64,000 bases of DNA from Octopus bimaculoides (Eukaryota). The position numbers were made by a program, and so were the translations under genes. The stretch is from positions 8,603,651 to 8,667,650 of the forward strand of contig NC_068998.1 in NCBI RefSeq assembly GCF_001194135.2, in the 5' to 3' direction. Of this stretch, positions 1 to 9,660 are shown one piece after another; within the stretch, counting starts at the first letter, position 1; each line of letters opens with the position of its first letter. The notes under the pieces were generated by a model, which made no database searches, was not told the DNA's origin, and saw only the letters and a list, made by a program, of their open reading frames with translations.

Positions 1-331
1 ACTTATGTACTACTAGTGCTTTTGTCCTTCCATACTACTAACACTAATATTTCTAAACATTGACCGTTTCAATACTTCGTATGTATTGTTTATTAATGAT
101 ATTGTTTCGGTGAACTAATTCTTTCATTCTCAGTTTGATCCCATTTCATTCTTGTTCTATTACTAACAAATAATGCCCTTTGGCAGGGAAAGAAATATCA
201 CAACTTTTAATTTTCTCTGCTTGCTAGTCATAAGGATTTTACTACTTTCCAAAGAAGGTCTTCATTTTCTGTAAATCCATTAGTTGAAAGATTGAGAGAG
301 TGCTCAAATATAATTTGGCTGTCATTTCAAG

Positions 332-512
332 TTCATGAGACAGATACAGCTCATGTCCTTGTAGATCATGAGTTGATCAATGTTCGTAAGACAAGCTTTG
401 ACCAGAGCAGGCATTCTAGGCATTCTGGATCTGAGGAGAAACATTTTGAACAGAATGTAAATTTCAAATGGAGACCGGATGAGAACAGTCATAGCGAAAG
501 CGAAATTTTAAG
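332..512 (+). CDS. Candidate coding exon of an unidentified host gene (unproven)
   Basis: Acceptor-like tcatttcaag|. One open frame, HETDTAHVLVDHELINVRKTSFDQSRHSRHSGSEEKHFEQNVNFKWRPDENSHSESEIL, in non-repetitive sequence. Possible donors ttc|gtaaga (385) or aag|gtgtat (512). No homology recognised. Confidence 0.2.
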
Positions 513-548
513 GTGTATACATATATACATACACATATATATGTGTGC

Positions 549-588
<40 letters not shown>

Positions 589-690
589 GTATATATATAT
601 ATATATATATATATAGGATTATTCTATTATACAGACAGATATACACACACACACGTAGATAGATAGTTAGATAGATAGGTAGGTAGATAT
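513..690. repeat. Compound microsatellite (TA)n/(GCGT)n/(CA)n/(AGAT)n
   Basis: Seen directly; explains the low-complexity ORFs 292-666 and 464-697. Confidence 0.95.
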
Positions 691-1559
691 ACAACAAACA
701 CTTGATACATCATACCATTCTGTACAATACAGTACAAGGAAGTTATTGGGGTGAATAAGTAGAGAAAAGGAAGAAAACAATCAAAAACTACTAGCAAATT
801 TACGGTAAGTCATAATAATAAAAAATATAAAGATCCCAAAAGAAGAAACTAAACAACTCATACAGATTGACACATCCGACCAAACAAACAAATGAAGAAA
901 CCACATCACGACAGAATCCACAGATCTACTGCTTATGAGCCACCATTGTAGAGAAATATCTTATTTTACAGCAGGCTGGTTGTTCACCCGAAAAATTGTA
1001 CCGTCAAATAGCGTCAAAAAGAACATGGAAGAGAAATGTGTAGTTGTGAAGAGTAGCTGCGGGTAACGAGGGAAATTATTTAAGATAGAAAGAAGAAAAT
1101 AGAAAAATACGTTAGCATGAAGTAGATTGGAACTGAAAAAGCATTTGATTGCCAAAGATATTCATAAATATTGGAGGTATATAAAAAAACAAAAGAGCAC
1201 AAATGTTTAAACAATGCATTTATTTTCTTATCTGAAAGCGAAAAATAACAGGGCTGTTTATGTAAGACGCTTGCTTTGCAAATATATAGTTTCGTTTCAT
1301 TAACGCCACGCTGCACCATGGGCAAATGTGGCTCAATACAGCCCCCGGGTCGGCCAATGCATTCTGGGTTAATGTGAGAAACTAAAATCGTATAGAAGTT
1401 AAAGTGCTTTGTGCTATTTCTTCCTGCTCATTGCTTTCTAGTTTCGAATTCTGACGAAAACAACACCAACGTCTTCTCAACGATTAGCCGGAGGTGATTT
1501 TTTAAATGAGAGTATCTGAAAATAAACTCGACTGCTCTTGCAAGCGAGAATACTAAAAA

Positions 1560-1800
1560 CGAACCCGATCAGCCTCAAAAATTAAGCGACAAAACAGGTA
1601 AAATAATTCAGACTCCTTATCCGGTATCCGATCGATCCCAAACTCTAATCAGTGTGTGCCAATGACAAGGCCAAACATCCCTGGAAGTTTCATTCGAATT
1701 CACCCAGCAGTTCTTGAGATATATTGTCCACGGAGAAGCAAACAAACAAACAAACGCGACTGAAAACTATATCTCCGCCTTCAATAAGGCAGAGGTAATA
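1560..1800 (+). mobile_element. 3' part of a DINE-1/HINE-like (Helentron-associated) non-autonomous element
   Basis: (CAAA)n at 1737-1755, then gaaaactat and a terminal hairpin atctccgcctt-caat-aaggcagaggt (1771-1796). Microsatellite plus 3' stem-loop is the DINE-1/Pearl-type layout. The 5' boundary is unclear. Confidence 0.5.
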
Positions 1801-2000
1801 ATAACTTGTGGGAACTTTGGCGGGTTGTTGATGGAGGTATCACCAGCTAATATGTTATGGCAATAAGTACCAGTGATTAACTGGTGATTTTCTTAATCAG
1901 CAGAAAGAATGAATATAAGATCGACGTTAGCGTTATTTCAAATCAAAACGTGAAGTACCAGAAGAAATGCCGCTGAACATTTTGTCAGACGAACATTTTC

Positions 2001-2116
2001 TCCATCATCATCACCATCATCATCATCATCATCACCACCACCACCACCGCCGTCGTCATCAACATCATCATCATCATCATCATCAGTAGTATTAGTAGTA
2101 GTAATAGTAGTAGTAA
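2001..2116. repeat. (CAT)n/(CAC)n/(TAG)n trinucleotide array
   Basis: Seen directly; source of the poly-D/G/T ORF 1938-2180. Confidence 0.95.
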
Positions 2117-2118
2117 TC

Positions 2119-2262
2119 GGGCGGTGAGCTGGCAGAGTCGTTAACAAGTTAGACAAAATTCTCAGCGACATTTCTTCCAATGCTTACGATTTGAGTTCAA
2201 ATTCGGCCAAGGTCGACGTAGATTTTTATCCTTTCGAGGTCAATAATATAAGTACCAGTGGG
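2119..2262 (+). mobile_element. SINE family A copy (diverged)
   Basis: ggtgagctggcaga...gagttcaaattc...ggtcgac...cctttcgaggtc...aagtaccag matches more than 15 other copies in the window. Confidence 0.8.
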
Positions 2263-3259
2263 GTACTCTGGTCCATATAAATTAGCTTGTCTACACAGAT
2301 TGTCTGCCTATTGTCAAAAGAGTTCCTTCTTCTTATTATTATTATATAGAAAAAGTATTTTTGTAGTGGCCAGTTATTTCTTCACTCTCTTGCGATCTAA
2401 AAATGATGTCGAAGTTACTGCTTTACTGCACAACACAGGAAAAGCAATTTATTTTGGGGTTTTGAAAATAGAATTCTGAGTCAATAAACAGAAAAAAGTT
2501 ATTAATTTGGTTCTCCAGTTCGATATAAAGTGAAACATCTTAATAGCCTGTGCAAGAGCTTTCCAGATTTTCATACCATGGTTCGCAATGTTTATTTTCC
2601 CATAGCCGCTACTCGCTTATATTAGAAGACGAAAATTGAAAGCAATTTCTCGGAGTTAATTGGCAGGGATTTTTCAAATAGCTCCGATTTCTTCGCATTT
2701 CGTTCTGTTTCTACGTTTGCTTATTTATTTGTTTATTGTATTTGGAATTTATAGGAGAAGGGAAGTTTCTTTATATTAAGATGAAACTATTTATCATAAG
2801 AAGATAATACGCAAATTGTATATATGTAATCATATATATACATGCATATTTGCATGTGTGCTATCTATGTGTATATATATATATATATATATATGTGGGG
2901 GGGGGTGTACGTCTATACGTATATATGTATTTGTATATGTCTGTATGTATGTGTGTGTGTGTGTGTATTTATTTTGCTATGTGTACTCTCAAACACACAC
3001 ACATATATGTGTGTGTGAGTATGTGCGTGTCTATCTCTGGTATATAGGTATGCATATATGAATGTGTAACGTGGCTCAAAAAGAACTAGTAAGAAACTAG
3101 TAACTACCTGTAGTACAGTATAACCATCAAATTTATTGATATAACTACGTAGAATGTATCAGTAGAATAAAGTAGTAAATTAGTTAGATATATATCCGCA
3201 TACATATGTGTGTTTGCATGTTACTTTCCATATATACACCCTTATGTATGTGCTTATAA

Positions 3260-3261
<2 letters not shown>

Positions 3262-3314
<53 letters not shown>

Positions 3315-3342
3315 ATATAATATATATATTTATATATATATA
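3262..3342. repeat. (TA)n microsatellite
   Basis: Seen directly. Confidence 0.95.
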
Positions 3343-3367
3343 CGCATAGACACACACATACATATAT

Positions 3368-3545
3368 ATGGTTCAAATGTACAGAAAACAAAAGACAGAG
3401 ACAGTTGAAGGAACAACAAGGAGGTGTATTAGCTTGACGCTGGGGATATATGGAAAAGTCTTTAACGTTTCGAGCCTACAATCTTTACCAGAAAAAGATG
3501 AGTAAAACTATGTAGGGAGCGAGGGAGAACGGAGAAAGAAAAATA
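3368..3545 (-). mobile_element. Possible Penelope-like terminal-repeat fragment with a decayed hammerhead-like motif
   Basis: The minus strand of 3461-3495 reads tttttctggtaa-agattgtaggctc-gaaacgtt-aaag, a damaged CTGANGA...GAAACGTH pattern. Boundaries are guessed. Confidence 0.3.
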
Positions 3546-4376
3546 TTTCGGGATTAACGGTTCAGTAGACACGTTAATACATCATTAGAAATTATTTTAT
3601 TTTCGTTAAGTACCGAGACAAACTTTGAAACATGTAAGTAAAGCACCTTCCATGGATCAGTAAATGTGTTTTCTTTTTATTGTCCAAAGTTTGTCTGAGA
3701 TGTCTTACTCAGATATGAAGCTATTAGTAACGCTATGTTGATCCATGCAATGAGAAAACTATCGCATATACATTTACTATATAATTGTATTGCATTCTCT
3801 GTTTCGTCTATGTAAATTCCATTACAGTGTACCGTATATATGCATATATGTATGCATGTGTATATGTGTGTGATTGTGTGCTTTGTGCTTAACTAGTGTG
3901 CTTGCATATGTAAAACCGTGTGTGCCAATGCCTATTAGTAGTCCACGGTTATTTTGCTATTTATACGCATATATGACTGATATCCTCGGAGGAAATTGTG
4001 ACGAAAATAGATGAGGTGTGGATCTGCCGACTCTTTGCATCTCAGGGTTTCGTCAATATTCCATGTCCTGTAATTTGACAACGGCTTTTATCATTTTCCT
4101 ACAATTCCAATTGTTGCTTTATCCTTTTCTTTAAAAGATAGCACAGAATGGTTTGTTAAAGAAGAGGTTCGTTTAAAATCAGTCGAACGACTGTATAGAT
4201 ATGCCATATAAAGATTTGCAGGTGGAATACATGTACCGATGTGTTTTTGGAAAATATGCTCTAGATAAACAAGAGCTCTCGCCTATCCAGGATAGACAGA
4301 TGTCACATTTATCCTTAAAATGATTATTATAATGATAATAAAAAATATTGATTCCCAATTAGGGAACATTATTATT

Positions 4377-4429
4377 AGCACTGGACATTTTGCCCGGTGT
4401 GCGAACGCTTCTGCTACCTCGCCACCTTG
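4377..4429 (-). mobile_element. SINE family A head fragment
   Basis: Reverse complement aaggtggcgaggtagcagaagcgttcgcacaccgggcaaaatg matches the family A 5' end. Confidence 0.7.
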
Positions 4430-4688
4430 ATGATGATAATAATAATAATAATATCGTTGTGTAGATAACAATGGCATCCTTCTTTTAATTTTGACTATAT
4501 CTTCAGGAGGAGTTACCTCAATCCTTTCTATATTAACCAAAATGAAGTAGATTGACAAATTTATTTTTTGAACCAGTTGAAGACACACAGGATGTCGAAA
4601 TATCGTTCACTAGATGACAATGGCACTCGTCTTTTAATTTTGATTCTTTTAATAACAACAACAATAATAATAATCATTATTATTATCA

Positions 4689-4918
4689 AGGTGGGTAGCT
4701 AGCAGAGTCATTAGCACACCGAGAAAAATGTTTTGTGCTATGTCGTCTCGTCCGTCCTCACATGTGAGTTCAAATTCCACTTGGGTCGAATTTGCCTTTC
4801 CTTCTTTCTAGGTTTCGGTGTCGATAAAAATATATACAAGTTAAGCAGTGGACTCGATGTAATCCATTTAACCCCTGATCCAGAATTACTGGCCTTGAGC
4901 CAAAATTTGAAACCAATG
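4689..4918 (+). mobile_element. SINE family A, near full length, tail type ggccttgagccaaaatttgaaacc
   Basis: Head aggtgggtagctagcaga, core gagttcaaattcc...ggtcga...tgtcgataaaa, then the tail. Confidence 0.8.
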
Positions 4919-5781
4919 TTTAACGGCAGATAACCAGTGACACGAAAATCACTGCATTATTTTTTTTTTCAGTTTAGATTGTATTTCAGTGCAGACGCAA
5001 CATAACAAATAGATCTTCATATTAAGAATGTTATTTATACCATGATCTATAATCTGAAACAAAGTTATGGATAATTTATAAATAGTAAAATTTTATACAT
5101 CCATAGAACTAACTATTGTATATGTAAACGTGTGTGTGTGTGAAAAATAGATTTGAGTTAAATAATTCAGTGTTTGGTGAGGAGCGAAAAACATCCTCTC
5201 GTGAATGATAGGATAGGAAAGTTGCCAATTAAATGTGTTTACTTTGAAATGAAGCTGACATCATATTATCATAAAATGGTTCTAAGATACTTAAACTATA
5301 AGCGAAAGGAAGAAGAAAAAATACAGCATCGTTTTCTATCGACTTAAATAGCACGATATATACACTGAAATTCTATAATCAACAACCGACTCCTGCATAT
5401 TCATACACACATTCGATACGCATTTATTAAAAAATGAAAGAAATATGGCGCTTGGGGAGAGGTTTTTTTCCCCCGCTTCCTTAAAAAGAACCCTCAATAA
5501 ATTGTACTATACTTGGAACGATAAACAATAATGTAGTTTTACTATTTCATCATTACACACGCACATACTAAAAATAAATACAGCCCAACATCAAAGTATG
5601 TTTAATTTCTGGTTGACTGATAGAAGCATTGAGGGATACCACTGATTTGTAAAAATGTACCATCCACTAATAGGTGACTAATTCCATTGATCTCAGAACA
5701 GGAGAAATATTAATGCTGAACTAGAGTTTTTTTTTCTGGTATTGTATGAAGAACTTCATTGATATGATAATTATTTCTTCA

Positions 5782-5961
5782 GGGCGAAATGCTTAGCAGT
5801 ATTTCGTCTGTCTTTACGTTCTGAGATCAAATTCTGCCGTGGTCGACTTTGCCTTTCAATCTTTCGGGGTCGATAGATTAAGTACCAGTTGCATACTGGG
5901 GTCGAACTAATCGACTGGCCTCCACCCCTAAAATTTCCGGCCTTGTGTCTAGACTAGAAAA
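5782..5961 (+). mobile_element. SINE family A (5'-truncated), first of a tandem pair
   Basis: gggcgaaatgcttagc...gtcgactttgcctttc...cggggtcgata...aagtaccagttg...ggccttgtgtctagactagaaaa. Confidence 0.9.
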
Positions 5962-5962
5962 T

Positions 5963-6111
5963 AATGCTTGGCGGTATTTCGTCTGTCTATGTTCTGAGAT
6001 CAAATTCCGCCGTGGTTGACTTTGCCTTTCAAACTTTACGGGTCGATAGATTAAGTACCAGTTGCATACTGGGTCGAACTAATCGACTGGCCTCCACCCC
6101 CAAAATTTCCG
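5963..6111 (+). mobile_element. SINE family A, second of a tandem pair
   Basis: Near-identical to 5788-5938 and shares its private variants (gagatcaaattc, gccgtggt, gatagattaag, gaactaatcg). Confidence 0.9.
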
Positions 6112-6149
6112 CATTATTAAAAGTTAAATAACTTAGACTTGAAATAAGC

Positions 6150-6300
6150 AATTGTTTGTGTATATGTATGTTTGTGGGTGCGTGTGTGCTTGTTAGCGAA
6201 TGTGTGTACGTGTGCATGTGTTTGTGTGTATGGGTGTGTGTGAGTGTGTTTGTGTGGGTGTATGTGTGAGCGTGTGCGTGTGCTTGTGTGAGTGAGTTTA
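6150..6300. repeat. Degenerate (GT)n array
   Basis: Seen directly. Confidence 0.9.
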
Positions 6301-6824
6301 CAAGTGTAAACCGCCAATAATATTTGGAGAAACATTTATTGTAAAGTTTAAACATGAGCAAAGGTATAAAATATCATGCTAAAGCTCACACAGCTGGACT
6401 TTAAGATTCGCCCACATCTTCGCCCACAGACCACAGAAATCACGTTTCATAGCGCTATTCAAACAGAGCATACTTTGTTACAAATGAACACAACACGGAC
6501 AGTATGAAAGCTTCTTTCGATTAAACGGCACTAATTGTACTGCACATACTTCACAATACAACGAAAAAACAAAGCTACACCACCCACAAGACAAATACGT
6601 GACACAATCCAAAGAAAATAACGCAGCAGGCACTCGCAAGCAAGCATGAATTCGTATCATATAACATTCTTTCACTAATTGTTTTAGGCTTCTATGAAAT
6701 CGTCGAAAGCCATTGACACCTTCTCAGCCCTCCCACTTTTGATCCAGCAGTGTATCGATGATATTAATACCGAAAATATAAATAACACCACCAGAATTCG
6801 GCTATTATGCAGTTACTGCTGTGT

Positions 6825-6927
6825 ATCCTAGGCATGGCACCTTGAGCAAGTGTTTTCTACTATAGCCTCGGACTGACAAAGCCTTGTGAGTGGATCTGTT
6901 AGACAGAAACTAAAAGAAGCTCGTCTC
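6825..6927 (+). mobile_element. SINE family B central region
   Basis: ggcaccttgagcaagtgttttctactatagcctcgg...aaagccttgtgagtggat...gacagaaactaaaagaagc. The gcaccttgggcaagt motif resembles the CORE domain of CORE-SINEs. Confidence 0.8.
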
Positions 6928-6929
6928 TC

Positions 6930-7075
6930 TTGTCAGTCATTATGATAGGGCTTCTTTGACTATTGAGTTATTTCTAGCAATGCTGGTACCACTTACAATG
7001 AATCGAGCCCAGTACTTCTTTGTTTAAGCCTAGTAATTATTCTACCGGTTGTCTTTTACCGAACCGCTAGGTCTT
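6930..7075 (-). mobile_element. SINE family B/C 3' tail, inverted relative to the adjacent head
   Basis: aagcctagtaattattctaccggtt...ccgaaccgctagg matches the tail copies at 60102-60370 and 62085-62280. Confidence 0.65.
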
Positions 7076-7203
7076 AACAAGACACGTGACTCTTTATAAG
7101 CGTTCAACGAGTCCATCTTTTAATTACACATGGGTGTTAATGTCTATCGCTACAACAGGATAAACAGGCTCTGAAATCCCAGGCAAGGCACTAAAGTAGA
7201 TCA

Positions 7204-7249
7204 CAAGACACCCGAAGAAGACAAGGACGTATGCAGCCTAAACGTAGTG
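7204..7249 (+). other. Degenerate hammerhead-like motif homologous to 7766-7812
   Basis: caagacac-ccgaaga-ag...cagcc-taaacgtagtg versus caagacac-ctgacga-ag...cagcc-gaaacgttgtg. Core positions U4 and G12 are mutated. Confidence 0.55.
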
Positions 7250-7615
7250 AAAAGAACAATGAAGACACCACTCCGACAAACTCACATACCATACATTTGT
7301 TTTCTAATAAAATATCGCAACGCAGAAACACACAAACCACACAACACACTCAGAACAGTCACTACTCGCCACTAAAACAAATAACGTTTATTACACAACA
7401 CAACACACTGATAATGTAGTCATCACTAGACCAGAAAACTCACGCACCGTATACGAAGAGCCATCGCCACTCATGGAAATAACACGACACAGATTTCAAA
7501 TATACTGCACAATAAACGTACAACACATCAAAATTACAAATGCCACAACGCAGAAACTTTCATATAAGATATAAACACACATCAACATTTAAAGGGTAGT
7601 GATACACATGAATCA

Positions 7616-7895
7616 TATGGCGTAGTGGTTAAGAGCGCGGGCTACTAACCCCAAGGTTCCGAGTTCGATTCACGGCAGCGACCTGATTAATAATAGTAAT
7701 AATAATAACAATAATATAATAATAGTAACATCGTTAGGAATGAGAACCCAGGTTTGAAATTTCCCCAAGACACCTGACGAAGGCTGGAGGGTACATCAGC
7801 CGAAACGTTGTGTCAACAACAAACAAGATGAGGACGAATATGTGTCAAATGTAAATAATGTAAATAATTCCTCATCTCTTAAATATAGAACTGTA
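7616..7895 (+). mobile_element. tRNA-derived SINE (family E) with (AAT)n linker and hammerhead-bearing tail
   Basis: A box TGGCGTAGTGG (7618-7628), B box GAGTTCGATTC (7661-7671), anticodon-like arm ggg-ctactaa-ccc and (AAT)n at 7688-7730. The tail recurs at 39125-39257. Flanking direct repeats ACACATGAATCA (7604-7615) and ACACATAAATCA (7896-7907). Confidence 0.8.
7769..7814 (+). ncRNA. Minimal type I hammerhead ribozyme (Penelope-type, palindromic helix III)
   Basis: Helix I GACAC/GTGTC, core CTGACGA, one extra A, helix II GGCTG/CAGCC with a 10-nt loop, GAAA, loop-less C-G helix III inside palindrome AACGTT, and GUU triplet with predicted cleavage after 7809. Activity not tested. Confidence 0.7.
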
Positions 7896-8640
7896 ACACA
7901 TAAATCAGTATCGTAATTTGCTTGAAGCAAATAAGATAAATATTTTGCAAAAACTTTTAACAATGCAGGTGTGTAGTCGAGCAGAATATGTATGGTGATG
8001 TCAATGAAAACAAATAAAGAGAGACGATATTGTATTAACTAATACAGATTGATTAATGATCCTATAGTATTTCGGAAAAGATTCTCCTTTTCAAATAGAA
8101 AAAATAACTTAAAGAGATCGGAAAAAAGTGTTGATATCGGCAAACCGTTCTAGTGTGTTATAACAAAAGGGCAATGGAGGTGGACCTCACGAATAATTAG
8201 AAAATTACCTAAAACCGTTGAAGCACAATGAAAAACCTTATAGTAGTTCGTAACAGCGGCAAAATATAAAAAATAGGAGAGTGTTAGTCGGTTACACTAG
8301 CTTCAAAGTTTTGAATACTATATTAATGTATATTATTTCATTGAACTGGATATGTATATACATATACACACATTATATATATATATATATATATGAGACA
8401 AAAAATAATTTTTGTCTCTTTTCATGGAAACAAAAAAGAAGTGCTCAAATGTAATTGAGAAAGAGATAAAGAAACATTGATCATATATAAATATTACCAC
8501 GGTTCTTAAACATATAAAATATCCATATAGAAAAAACACAAAAGGTAAAAACATATATGCGAATAAAAACAAAGATATATAGAACGGCATATGAAAAAGG
8601 TAAATACAATCGACTAAAAATTATATATATATATATATAT

Positions 8641-8835
8641 AAAGGTTATAATGAACACAGGTTCGTGTGTCACATAGCTAGCTAGAGGCGATGGCTTCTT
8701 GGAGCTAATCAATGGCAACATTCGTCCTATTTTCTTTTTTTTTTGGTCTGTCATGTTGGCTTGGCAATAACTATTAATATCCAGTACTGCTGCCGTAGTC
8801 TCCTTTAGAGAGACTTAGATATATTAATCTTTCCA
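8641..8835 (+). mobile_element. Partial copy of the foldback element at 57274-57670, embedded in (TA)n
   Basis: gtgtgtcacatagctagctagaggcgatggcttcttggagctaat and ccagtactgctgccgtagtctcctttagagagacttaga match 57484-57660. Confidence 0.85.
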
Positions 8836-9481
8836 TATATATATATATATATATATACATGCGTACATATGTATGTGCGTATACATATGTATATACATGT
8901 GTACACACATGAGAGAGCGAGAGAGAGAAAGTGTTAAGTACTTGTACATAGTATGCGTAAATATCTGTATACGTGTGTGTAAGTGTATATAAAAGAACGC
9001 TCTCTCTATCTATCTATCTATCTCTACCCCCCTCACTCACTCAATGCGGAAAACGAAGTAACTTGAAAACAAACACAAAAACGCAAAAAGTACATAAATG
9101 AATAGAAAAGCAAGGAGCATCAGAAATAAATTTTTGCAGAGATATGTGTATTTGTAGAAAACGATATAAAGAATTGGATTTCGTTGGATTATCTTGGAGA
9201 AATAATACGTTTTACAGCATCACCTTTTTGCCTACTCACCACCTTTCAGTTCCTTTCGTTCGAAGCAAAGAAAAAGAGTAAGACACAAACGCAGCTGTAT
9301 TTTTAATGCAAAGTATGAATGCATGTATNNNNNNNNNNTTAATATATAAAAGTAATTATTGTATTGAAATGAAATTTAAAAGAAAACAAAGAGCTTTGCT
9401 TACGCTTATGTTCTTTAAATTTCCTTTAATAATTTAATACCTCACTACCACTGACGTTAGTATTAATATTTGTGATTTGAA

Positions 9482-9660
9482 AGGCAGAGCTGGCAGAAAG
9501 GCTTAGCCCATTTCGTCTGCCGTTACGCTCTGCGTTCATTTTCCGCCGAGGTCGACTCTGCCTTTCATACTCTCGGTGTCGATAAATTAAGTATCAGTTA
9601 CGCACTGGGGTCGATGTAATTGACTTAATTCCTTTGTCTATCCTTGTTTGTCCCCTCACT
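9482..9660 (+). mobile_element. SINE family A with alternative tail (ttgtctatccttgtttgtcccctc)
   Basis: Family A core plus the tail shared with 27491-27710. Confidence 0.85.

Noticed and set aside
6440-6466. Minus-strand ctgtttga-atag-cg-ctat-gaaacgtg hammerhead-like pattern
   Set aside because: The core does not fit CTGANGA, the helix II loop is only 2 nt, and GUG is not an NUH site.
7616-7686. Intact tRNA gene
   Set aside because: It has A and B boxes but no complete acceptor stem or T-run terminator, and it continues into a repeat tail bounded by a TSD. It is a SINE head. The same applies to 54900-54975 and the family B heads.
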